DNA of 63,368 bases, counting the filler, from Collodictyon triciliatum (taxonomy: Eukaryota): NCBI GenBank assembly GCA_043381765.1. It is 6 parts of 6 records of this genome, joined end to end, with 100 filler letters (N's around TTAATTAATTAA, not from the genome) between each part and the next. Parts side by side here need not be neighbours in the genome. Positions count along the whole stretch, not along the records: positions 34,518 to 45,906 come from JBHJMP010002413.1; positions 46,007 to 57,377 come from JBHJMP010002414.1; 4 more parts are not named here. One strand, given 5' to 3'. The first letter of the stretch is position 1. Each line of letters starts with the position of its first letter. This document shows, piece after piece, positions 39,395 to 50,184 of the stretch. The notes under the pieces are model-generated. The model had not been told where the DNA came from and did not search any database. It worked only from the letters and a program-made list of their open reading frames with translations. The position numbers and the translations under genes are program-made.

Positions 39395-42300
39395 ATGTTC
39401 AACGCGTCGTCTTCAGGCTCCTTTGCCGAATCCTCGGAATCTTTCAGCAAGAACAGCCGTAACCAACCCAGAAAGCAAAAAGTGGTCTCGAAGGAGAAGA
39501 AAGTGAGGAAGACAAACAAGGAGGAAGAGAGAGAAAGAGAGGAGGAGAAGGCCAGGGAGCTATTAAAAGACATACACGACTTGGAGCCTGACTGGAGCCC
39601 AAACGACTTGTCCCTTCTGAAAGCAACGCAGCTGGAGATCCACAATCGACCAGAAACCTCCTTGACGGAAAAAATCGGACTACTGACGAGGCTAAAAAGA
39701 CTCACACTAACATCCAATGCCTTCGAGTCCCTCCCTACCCAACTATCATTACTTACAAAGCTGAGCTGGCTTGATCTAAAAGAAAACAAGCTGAGCGATC
39801 TGCCAGAGGGCTTTTATAATCTGTCTGAATTGGTCTTTTTAGACCTGAGCATGAACAAGTTTGCTTTCATGGTTCCTCATGATTGGTACCTTCTTACAAA
39901 ACTTACCAGTTTGGTTATATATGGGAATCCTGTAAGTCAATAATAACATCCATGTCTTCTTCTTTTCTTCTTTTTCTTCTTTTTCTTATCCTATTATTTC
40001 CTTTTACTACTGAAATGAATGTTTAAATTATTTACCGAATAACCTCTTCAGTAATTGCGGTAGTAATATATTCGAAGCATGACTGACGATGTTATTTACC
40101 CTGATATATATGGTACATAGGTTGAATCTTTATCAATAGAAATAACCTATTTAAAAAACCTCAAGTCCATACAAATATTGGGAGAATCAGAAAACACTAT
40201 ACGGACAGCACCTCGAGGGATATCCCTATTGCCTTGCTGGAAAGAAAAAAATGAGCACACAAAGTCGATTCACGAACTTAATTTGTTCAATCATCCACCT
40301 TTTTATGTCGATATGAATCTCTCAGACATTTCTCATTTAACGAAATCATGGACGCAGTTTGAAATGATAGACCTATCCAAAAATAAGGTAAGCTTGCTTT
40401 TTTTTTTATCTACTTCAAAATTGCAGCACCTTAAGCAACACCACACCAAGATCAAAATCGTAATGCATACTATTTATCTCAGCTTGATAAAATACCGGAA
40501 TCCTTTCGAGACATGACTAATCTTTCATCGTTGACCATAAGCTACAATCAAGTAAGTAACGCACTGGTCTGATTATCAAATGTATCATACTCTTGCAAAA
40601 CATAAAAGCAATATATATATATATTCGTTTTAATTTTTTTAATAGTTTACCGAAATTCCACCCTGTATTTTAAACATGCCGTGGATTGAAACGCTGGATG
40701 TTGCATTCAATCAAGTAAGAACTAGAGAAATCCGAATAGATTTTTAATTTTTTTTTATTCTTCCTTTCATTTTTGTGCAGGATGGTGGAATAGATTTTTA
40801 ATTTTAACAGTATCACTAAATCCTAGATAACATTTAGATATTCGTAGTTATATATATATATATCATTATGTCTTATTGATGACTGACGAACCGTAATGGA
40901 TTAGATAACTGTCTTAGATGAGATGATAATAGGACTATCCAACATGAAGATTCTCAACGTCAGCAATAATTTGGTAGCTATCATAATAAAAATGTGACAG
41001 TATAAATATTCGAAAATTAAAAGAACTTTAAATAACATTTTAGTTAAGCTCTCTGCCTGTTATGTATGCTCTCTCCAATCTAGAGATTCTCAATGTTTCT
41101 GAAAATCCCTTGCCTCTAGCCCAACGCACCTTATTCAATATGATGAAATTGTCTTTTGATAACTTGTCTTTTTCTGGATGTGACCTTGCAGTCATACCGG
41201 ACGAATTTATGCTTTTACCAAAGAAAGCCAATGTTGATTTTTCAAACAATCAGGTATTTCAAGATTAAGATAACACAAATAACTCTTTTTTTTTAAAAAA
41301 AAAAAATCGTAACAAACAAATAAACAAATTTCATTTAGATTTCTACGCTGCCACCATGGTTATTTGAGCTTACTGGATTAACTGCTTTAAATTTATCTGA
41401 TAATCAAGTGAATACACCAATAATGGGTTTTCATTTTTTTTTCATTCAATTACCATGTTTATCTTATTTTATCACAAAAAATTCATCTATATTTTTTAAT
41501 TTTCGATTTTTTTTTATATTTTGAAATACAAACTGTTCCTGAGATATACGTATATTTGTACAAGATAACGGCCTTGCCCGAGAATATTTCGAATATGACG
41601 AATCTACATTCATTAAATGTTAGAAATAATAAGGTAAGCTTTATGATAGATGTAATACTTTTGATTTAAAAGTGTACTATGTATCAAAATCTTGGTGCGC
41701 TCTTTCTTCTTTCGTTTTCCTTTGTTTTTCCTTTGTTTTTCCTTTGTTTTCCCTTTGTTTTCCCTTTGTTTTCCCTTTGTTTTCCCTTTGTTTTCCCTTT
41801 GATCTGAATGAGAGAGGGCATCATTTCCCCTTTATTCGATTCATATAACGAGATTGACAACATAAACCCCCCATATTATTACTGAGCGAACATATTTACA
41901 GATAAACAGGCTTCCAACTTCCATAGGAAATTTAGAAAAATTACTGAACGGATTCAATGTCGAAGCAAACCCCATCTCTGATATACCACTGAATGTTATA
42001 AATCAAGGTTCCGAGGCGATTTTGAACTTTGTATACGAGTCTACCAAAGGTACTACTCATAAATGGACCCAAGGAAGGTTGCTAGTGCTCGGAGAGGGAG
42101 AAACAGGGAAAACGACCCTGATAAAATCAATATTACAGAAATCTTTATTTTTCAAAAGCACAGTTGACGCCCAGAGGGAAAGAACCGATGGAATAGTAAA
42201 TATCGATATCGATCATTCCGTTTTTGGAGGATTTTTGCAATCAAAAATATCTGCCAAGATCTGGGACTTTGGAGGACAGGAAGAGTTCCAAGTTACCCAT

Positions 42301-45300
42301 CCTTTTTTTCTGTCTGCGGGTGCACTTGTCCTAATATTATATAGACTCGATCAAAGCAAAGAAAAAAACAATCTTAATCGTTGGGTCAAGATGCTACAAG
42401 ATTTTGCTCCTGGTTCAAAGGTCATTATTGTGGGTACCCACAAAGATAAGCAAGTTCCAGAGTATGCGGCCGAGATGAAGGCAGAAATTGAAGGGTTGAG
42501 TGTGGTTACGAATGATATTGAGTTCATACATACTGGATTTCGAGTCAGCAACAAAAGTGGAAAGAAGATATCTGATCTAAAACAAGTTATATATAAAAGC
42601 ATGCTGCAATTGGATAATGTAAACAAGGAAATACCACAATCGTATACCAAATTGAAGGGATATTTGGAAGAAATGGGAAGGAGACTCAAGTACATGAAAT
42701 TAGAGGATGTCTATAATTACGCACACAAGAATTTTAACTTGATTCAAAGGAGGTGTAATTCTGCTTTGAAGTTTCTACACGAATTAGGCACAATCGTCTG
42801 GTACTCATCCAAAGATAATATGAAATCTATCATATTTCTGGATCCCATGTTCCTGATAAATGTTTTCAAATGTGTATTTAGCTTCAAAGGGATTGGAAGG
42901 AGCTCATCTGAAATCATCCTCATTTCCAATCTCAAAGAAAAAATCAAACAAGAATTTGGAATCGATCTTGAAGAAGACGCCTTCTTGGTGGTGGTTAGTA
43001 TATTCGATCATTTTGGGCTAGGAATACATTTTAACAAGGAATGCATTGCATTTCCTTCGTTGATGGACGAGTGTGAAAACTTGAGCACCATATGGAACAA
43101 TACCCCTGAATCCAACTGTGTTTCAGAAGTTTCGCTTGAATTGCATACAACTTCCGAAATGCAATTATCTGATAAGAGCAACATCATTACTTACGCATTA
43201 AGAATCGTCAAAGGAACACCACCAGGTGTCGAATACGATAATATATTCTTTCGCAATGTGGCGCTTGTGCATTTGACCATTAAAAGACCTACGGTTGAGA
43301 TAGGCCTCAGCACTAACGAACCAGCCAACGATTACGAATTGGCCCCAGGAGAACACATGAGAGCACTTTTTTTGATTCAGCGCAGCAGCATTAAAATAGT
43401 ATTAAGAAAGTACATTGCGGAAGAGGAGGATGGTATATTCATTGATACCTTCCGAGTTTTGAATAGTTTTAGAAAGCAAATTATATCGATGCGGCAAAAT
43501 TTCGTCAAATTGTGTTGTATTCCATGCTACAAATGCGTCAGTNNNNNNNNNNNNNNNNNNNNNNNNNNNNNNNNNNNNNNNNNNNNNNNNNNNNNNNNNN
43601 NNNNNNNNNNNNNNNNNNNNNNNNNNNNNNNNNNNNNNNNNNNNNNNNNNNNNNNNNNNNNNNNNNNNNNNNNNNNNNNNNNNNNNNNNNNNNNNNNNNN
43701 NNNNNNNNNNNNNNNNNNNNNNNNNNNNNNNNNNNNNNNNNNNNNNNNNNNNNNNNNNNNNNNNTCTCTCTTTTATTTTTATTTTTATTTTTAAGTAACT
43801 ATTTTTTTTATTTCAGGATAAAGTTTTAATCCATTTTATCGTAGGCATTTCAACCAGGTTTATTTCGCAGATGAAGAGAAAGAAAAACATGACGAACACA
43901 ACTTATGGCCACATTCAAGACTTTGGCTCGATGGATAAAGAGCTTGATAGTATATGGATCACCGAAAATATTCAACTTGTGGAGTACTTAGGGAAAGGGG
44001 CGTTTGGAAGAGTTTACCGAACTCAAAGAATACGAGAGAAAGATACAGTGGTAAAGATTCAAACAATCCAACAAGTGGGAAAGATAAATCTATCTGATTT
44101 TATCCAATCGATAATTCTGGAAAGTAAGTTGATTCACGAGTGTCGTGAATGCGAGAATATTGTCCAACTTTTTGGTGTCTTTAGAAAAGAAAATGAATTC
44201 TATATGGTGATGGAGTTTGCCGGCGTTTCTCTGAAAAAAATCATGGAAAAAAGGAAAGAAGACAGACCGACCCTGTCCCAAGTGGCCAATTTTTCTAGAC
44301 AGATATGTGCAGGATTAATGTTCATGCACTCCAAGGATCTGTACCATGAGGACCTCAAAGCGGATAATATCATGATAGTAGATGGTATTGTAAAGATTGT
44401 CGACTTTGGTATTGTCAGCCGGCGTGAGAACGAAAAAGTTGGGTCTCACTTACCTACGCGCTACGGAGAATGGAAACAGGACGGAACCTGCAATTGGCAA
44501 GCGCCAGAGATTCTGAATTGCGTGTGTAAACCTTACTATTATGATGATGACTCGCAATACGGGTGCGATGGTATCAATATTGGCCACCGAGGAGAGCCGA
44601 GCAATGTATATGCTTTCGGGATGCTTCTTTGGTTCATGTTTTCAGGGATGGAGCCATTTCTTGGAGAAACTCATGCAGAGAGCTTCACTATTCGTGGACT
44701 GAGGCCAGGTATACCTGCAGAAACACCCATCGAATTCCAGCATTTGATTAGGGCAAGCTGGAAACAGAATTACAAATATCGCCCGAGCCTACAGGCTATT
44801 GACAAAGTCCTGGGTGAGTTGCTGGCGAATAACTTGTCCATACCAAAGGATGTATTGGGTGCTATAATCCCTATGAAATACACTGCCATCGCTGATATGT
44901 ATCGTGGCGAGCTTATTGAGTTTCTGTCTTGCCATGGATGCGACGCTCTTGGGAAAAAGATGGCAAACGAATTTTGGGATACAGTCGATGAAGTAGCAGA
45001 CCGATTGAACGAGGATGACTTGATGCGAATTTACCATATCCCGCACTCTGAATTGACCATTCTGAGAGATATTTCTGAAGAGAAGCCGAAGACTGATTCC
45101 ACAGCCGCCAACAAGAAGCAGTTGGTTCGAGAATTGAGTCAGTTTGAACTGATTCAGCACATCAATAAGAAAGGGGAGAGCTTCAAGAAGTTTTCCGACA
45201 AGGTGAAAGCCTTGAAAATCAGTGGCGATATTCTGGCGAAACTCGATCAGCCAGACATCTACACGCAGTACTCTGTATCAGAAGAGGAAATCAAGACTGC

Positions 45301-45337
45301 CGCTCGTCTTTTACAGGACGGATTGATCGTCGACTGA
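39395..45337 (+). CDS. Roco protein: LRR-Roc-COR-protein kinase with C-terminal tandem SAM-like domains; exons 39395-39931, 40121-40387, 40483-40551, 40646-40714, 40905-40973, 41044-41253, 41339-41407, 41565-41633, 41902-(gap), about 43846-45337
   Basis: 23-aa LRRs; Roc motifs LLVLGEGETGKTTL, RTDG, IWDFGGQEEFQVTHPFFLS, IVGTHKD, VSNKSG; COR motif IPQSY..ALKFLHELGTIVWY..IFLDP; kinase motifs GKGAFGRVY, VVKI, HEDLKADN, DFG, GTCNWQAPE. The COR-to-kinase join is inferred across a 222-N gap. Confidence 0.88.
43543..43764. other. Intra-scaffold sequence gap (222 N) inside the Roco gene
   Basis: N run without the linker 12-mer. Confidence 0.95.
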
Positions 45338-45906
45338 TTTGTCTCCCTCTCTCCCTCGTTCTTATCCACCCTACATTGCACTTCTCTCTTCCCGTTTTCT
45401 TTTTCCATTTTTTTCCCTCTTCTTCTGCAGTTGGTCTGGGGGAGACTAAAGCGGTGGGGTTGACTGGGACCAGGACCGCGTTAAAGAGGTGAGACAATCA
45501 AGAAAACTCATAAATATAACTGCGCAATGAGAGTTATGAGTGACACTCAGCCATACTTGGTTCTCCTCTTTCTTTTCTTACGCCCCATCATAGAACTATC
45601 CATTAGGTGATAGTTGAAAATGTCAGTGTCTATTTACATTCCATATTCACTTTTTTTAGAAGAAAATAGTGTGGGTTGTGGTTGGGATATGCAGACCTTT
45701 TATTTGCTCATTTGCTTGTGCGCGTGCAGGAATCGTGCTTCCCAAGGCAGAGTTAAGGGTAGGTTTTTGCGGGCATAAATTCCGATTTGTTTCAGCTTCA
45801 TATCTTTTCTTCGCTTTCATGGCTCTCTCTTTTTTTTTTTTTTCTTTTTTTTTTTGTTTTTTTGGTTTGGTTTTTTTCTGTTAGGACCTTCTCCTGTCCC
45901 TGTTGC

Positions 45907-46006
45907 NNNNNNNNNNNNNNNNNNNNNNNNNNNNNNNNNNNNNNNNNNNNTTAATTAATTAANNNNNNNNNNNNNNNNNNNNNNNNNNNNNNNNNNNNNN
46001 NNNNNN
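45907..46006. other. Artificial contig spacer N44-TTAATTAATTAA-N44
   Basis: Same 12-mer linker at 45951-45962. Confidence 0.97.
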
Positions 46007-46078
46007 CAGGGATCGATACTACTTGCATATGCAACAAATCAGTTATTTCAAATACTTCCGATACTTGCAATATATGTT

Positions 46079-48157
46079 ATGAGTTATGTTAATGCTCTCT
46101 TCATCGAAGCTTCCAGAGTTAACTACAAGGATTATGATTCCATGTTCTTACATTCCTTGGGAGCAGATGACACAGAAAATCATCAAGAAAAAGTCTTAAG
46201 CAATGACATAAAGGCCGAGGAAACTCATCATCTGACAATTAATTTGGAAGAATTAAGAAAAATATTCAAAAGTTCCAAACTAATACATGAAAAATATGCT
46301 ATAATAAAGTCAATAGTGAGGAGAGATGTTTCTCTCGTAACATCTTTCAGCTTGCTCGGCGTAGCGGCAGGACTTGTTCTTCAAACTTATGTATATTTAC
46401 TGATTCAACTATCTTGGCTTGATTTTGAGAACTCTATAATTATAAAAAATCCGTGGCTTTTTCTGTCAACTTATGATGTCATTATATTTACATTTTCCAA
46501 CACAATAACTTTTCTTGGAAAAAGAACATTTCTGTTGCTATCAGATCCATTAAAACCACGATGTTTTTTACAAAATATGGTTCGAATCCCATTGATTCCT
46601 GAATTTTTTCGTTTAATGGAGGAGCGGAAAAACCAGAGAAAAGAAAAACTGTTTGTCCACGTTAGAGAAAATGAGTCAATGTCTCTAATTCACATAAGTA
46701 ATCTCAGTATTATTCCGAATTGTGATGGTCAATATGCACATAGAGTTGAGGCCGATGCAAAAGTAAATGAGGAAATATTGGACTTTAAGACCTATATCAA
46801 CAACCCACATTTTGTGACAAAATCTATACAGACTAATTACAATTATCTCTCAAATAAAAAAATATCGATGATTTTTCCTCCTGTCGACAAGTTCATTAAC
46901 TTCAAGGAGAAATTCAGATCGCAAACCGTGAACAGCTATAACAAGAGAAAAATAAGGCAACTTATAATTTCAATTTTATACAAGAGGAGATATTCTTCAA
47001 TTTGCATTCTGGTTGTTGGGTTGTATGAGCTTACTCATGATAGTAATTGGCTTTCATACTTTGTGTCCATAATCACTTTGGTATCTATCGCAAACGAACT
47101 TTCTTTACTGTTCGATTTTACGAAGGAACAATTTATCATTTGTTTTTGCTACTTTGAGAATATATTCGTCCTTTTCAACGCAATGTTAATGTACATTTCT
47201 GTATCAGATTTGTTTGGATGGGCCAGCTTTCGAGCATACACAACTTTTCCTTTGTTATCCATTTTCTTGGTTCGGCTAATAATGTATGACGTATACTACA
47301 TAGACCGAGATAAACTCAATATTCGAATGAAGGCAATTAGGGTAGATGAGAATTTTGAAAAGGAAATGCCTTTCACAAACTATTCTATGTGTATGCTTCA
47401 GCAGCATTTGGAAAGAAACAAAATTGAAAGAGCAAATGAATTTGAAAAAGTTTCAGATAAGTGCATGGCTATTCATCTGAATCAAGACCCTCTAAATGAG
47501 AAGAGAAGCCAAATTTACTCAGAAATGATTCATAAGGAAAGAATGTGTTACCTTAAAATGTTTGGATGGAATCACATACTTTTTTATCTAGCTGGTCCGA
47601 TCGTATTCATAGGCTTATTGCTTGTTCTTCAAAGCCCAATATTGGTTTATCCTAATGAGAGAATATTTAATGTTATAATCATTCGCGGAAAAAATTCCAC
47701 GTTGGTAAGAGGAGCTGTCTTTAATATTATTCTGTTTTGTATGAAAAGACTTTTCCGGTTCTTATCAAATCCACTCCTATCAACCACAATTACGGAACCA
47801 TATTTTCAATATCCATTAACTCGCGCTGTCCTTTCTGAGATGAAAAAGAATCAAATTGGGCCAGGAATTATGGAAGAAATAAATAGAAAAAGGGAGGAAG
47901 TACTCACACATAGGCAGGAGAAAGAAAAAGAGGAAAAAGAGGAAAAAGAGGAAAAAGAGGAAAAAGAGGAAAAAGAGGAAAAAGAGGAAAAAGAGGAAAA
48001 AGAGGAAAAAGAGGAAAAAGAGGAAAAAGAGGAAAAAGAGGAAAAAGAGGAAAAAGAGGAAAAAGAGGAAAAAGAGGGAGGAGAAAGAGCAGACGATATT
48101 AAAATCAAGAGTGAAGAAAATTCAAGCTTTGTTTTTGAATACTCTTTGGATATATAG
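46079..48157 (+). CDS. Hypothetical multi-pass membrane protein, 692 aa, intron-less ORF, possibly 5'-partial
   Basis: Long ORF with several hydrophobic stretches in three clusters and an (EKE)n tail; no family recognised. Confidence 0.7.
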   Translation: MSYVNALFIEASRVNYKDYDSMFLHSLGADDTENHQEKVLSNDIKAEETHHLTINLEELRKIFKSSKLIHEKYAIIKSIVRRDVSLVTSFSLLGVAAGLVLQTYVYLLIQLSWLDFENSIIIKNPWLFLSTYDVIIFTFSNTITFLGKRTFLLLSDPLKPRCFLQNMVRIPLIPEFFRLMEERKNQRKEKLFVHVRENESMSLIHISNLSIIPNCDGQYAHRVEADAKVNEEILDFKTYINNPHFVTKSIQTNYNYLSNKKISMIFPPVDKFINFKEKFRSQTVNSYNKRKIRQLIISILYKRRYSSICILVVGLYELTHDSNWLSYFVSIITLVSIANELSLLFDFTKEQFIICFCYFENIFVLFNAMLMYISVSDLFGWASFRAYTTFPLLSIFLVRLIMYDVYYIDRDKLNIRMKAIRVDENFEKEMPFTNYSMCMLQQHLERNKIERANEFEKVSDKCMAIHLNQDPLNEKRSQIYSEMIHKERMCYLKMFGWNHILFYLAGPIVFIGLLLVLQSPILVYPNERIFNVIIIRGKNSTLVRGAVFNIILFCMKRLFRFLSNPLLSTTITEPYFQYPLTRAVLSEMKKNQIGPGIMEEINRKREEVLTHRQEKEKEEKEEKEEKEEKEEKEEKEEKEEKEEKEEKEEKEEKEEKEEKEEKEEKEGGERADDIKIKSEENSSFVFEYSLDI
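47921..48076. repeat. (GAGGAAAAA)n in-frame 9-mer repeat encoding EEK
   Basis: Read directly within ORF 46079-48157. Confidence 0.95.
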
Positions 48158-49179
48158 GTTGGTAATCAACCTTAAATTTTAAAGAAATGACGTTACAAAC
48201 CATATGATACAACATACACGACATAAAATTTTGACATAATCAATACCTGTACCCCGAAACACCTCTCTGAAATTATTCGTACTTAAATTGAATTAAATGG
48301 AAAACTACAGAAATGTGACACACTTTACAGAACCCGGTCTTCTCACAGTCTTACCTAATTGTTGACTTTCTTGTAATTTTATCATATTTTAAAAAATAAT
48401 CGATTACAAAACGATGAATTTGTAATTGTTTCTTTAGCGCATAAAGCTACCTTTCACAATACATTTTGTTTCTCAGGTGTAGATGGCCATGAAAAATGAA
48501 CATTATTACGGAATATATTTCTTTCGGAATGGAAGAGGCCAAGAAAATAATTTTTCTATAGACACCTTAATGCTCACTCCATTCCTAGACATTGCGGCTT
48601 TTTTTTATTTTTCAAAAAAGGGACTTTTGAGCAGGTATATCGAATTATCCTCTTTTTCGAATATTAAAAGAATACCCGCTCGCTTTGGCAGGTATATCAA
48701 AGACTGAAAGAAACCTTATCCAAACTGTCCTTACTGACAAACTCTTCGCCTACTTACATATACCTGATAAGCCAACTCATCCACCTCTTCCTCTTTATGA
48801 CATCCCGCAACAACAAAAATCCCATCCAGTATACCTTATTTGAGGATTTACTCACCTAATCGCAAGCACAGGAGCACACCAAATAAATCAACCCTACTTT
48901 ATAAAAAAAAATCGCATTTTCTTTTCAAGTCCAAGAGAAACAGCACAAAAGCGTGTTCAATCCGGGCCGATGCATTGTAATTTCGACAAGGTAACCCCGC
49001 CCACGCCGAGATTGAATATGTGGTTGGGACGTTTCCTTTTGCACTCCGCAGGGTATGCATTCCCACATTTCTGCACAAGCTGATGAGTCGGATGAATACA
49101 AGAACGCACCGGCTGAAATCCAATGAGTCCGCAGACAGGGCAGGTTCTGTGAAGAATGTCAATTTCCGCGAACAGAACC

Positions 49180-50108
49180 NNNNNNNNNNNNNNNNNNNNN
49201 NNNNNNNNNNNNNNNNNNNNNNNNNNNNNNNNNNNNNNNNNNNNNNNNNNNNNNNNNNNNNNNNNNNNNNNNNNNNNNNNNNNNNNNNNNNNNNNNNNNN
49301 NNNNNNNNNNNNNNNNNNNNNNNNNNNNNNNNNNNNNNNNNNNNNNNNNNNNNNNNNNNNNNNNNNNNNNNNNNNNNNNNNNNNNNNNNNNNNNNNNNNN
49401 NNNNNNNNNNNNNNNNNNNNNNNNNNNNNNNNNNNNNNNNNNNNNNNNNNNNNNNNNNNNNNNNNNNNNNNNNNNNNNNNNNNNNNNNNNNNNNNNNNNN
49501 NNNNNNNNNNNNNNNNNNNNNNNNNNNNNNNNNNNNNNNNNNNNNNNNNNNNNNNNNNNNNNNNNNNNNNNNNNNNNNNNNNNNNNNNNNNNNNNNNNNN
49601 NNNNNNNNNNNNNNNNNNNNNNNNNNNNNNNNNNNNNNNNNNNNNNNNNNNNNNNNNNNNNNNNNNNNNNNNNNNNNNNNNNNNNNNNNNNNNNNNNNNN
49701 NNNNNNNNNNNNNNNNNNNNNNNNNNNNNNNNNNNNNNNNNNNNNNNNNNNNNNNNNNNNNNNNNNNNNNNNNNNNNNNNNNNNNNNNNNNNNNNNNNNN
49801 NNNNNNNNNNNNNNNNNNNNNNNNNNNNNNNNNNNNNNNNNNNNNNNNNNNNNNNNNNNNNNNNNNNNNNNNNNNNNNNNNNNNNNNNNNNNNNNNNNNN
49901 NNNNNNNNNNNNNNNNNNNNNNNNNNNNNNNNNNNNNNNNNNNNNNNNNNNNNNNNNNNNNNNNNNNNNNNNNNNNNNNNNNNNNNNNNNNNNNNNNNNN
50001 NNNNNNNNNNNNNNNNNNNNNNNNNNNNNNNNNNNNNNNNNNNNNNNNNNNNNNNNNNNNNNNNNNNNNNNNNNNNNNNNNNNNNNNNNNNNNNNNNNNN
50101 NNNNNNNN
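49180..50108. other. Intra-scaffold sequence gap (929 N)
   Basis: N run without the linker 12-mer. Confidence 0.95.
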
Positions 50109-50184
50109 AGCGGCGCTACCGAGAGAGCCATTTCACATTAACAAACAAGCAAATAGTCCAGCCCGGATAACTCATACTTACTCC

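Noticed and set aside
48899-50141. Long ORFs of 373-410 aa and the N-terminal extension of the 1540-aa ORF
   Set aside because: They are open only because they run through 929 N bases.
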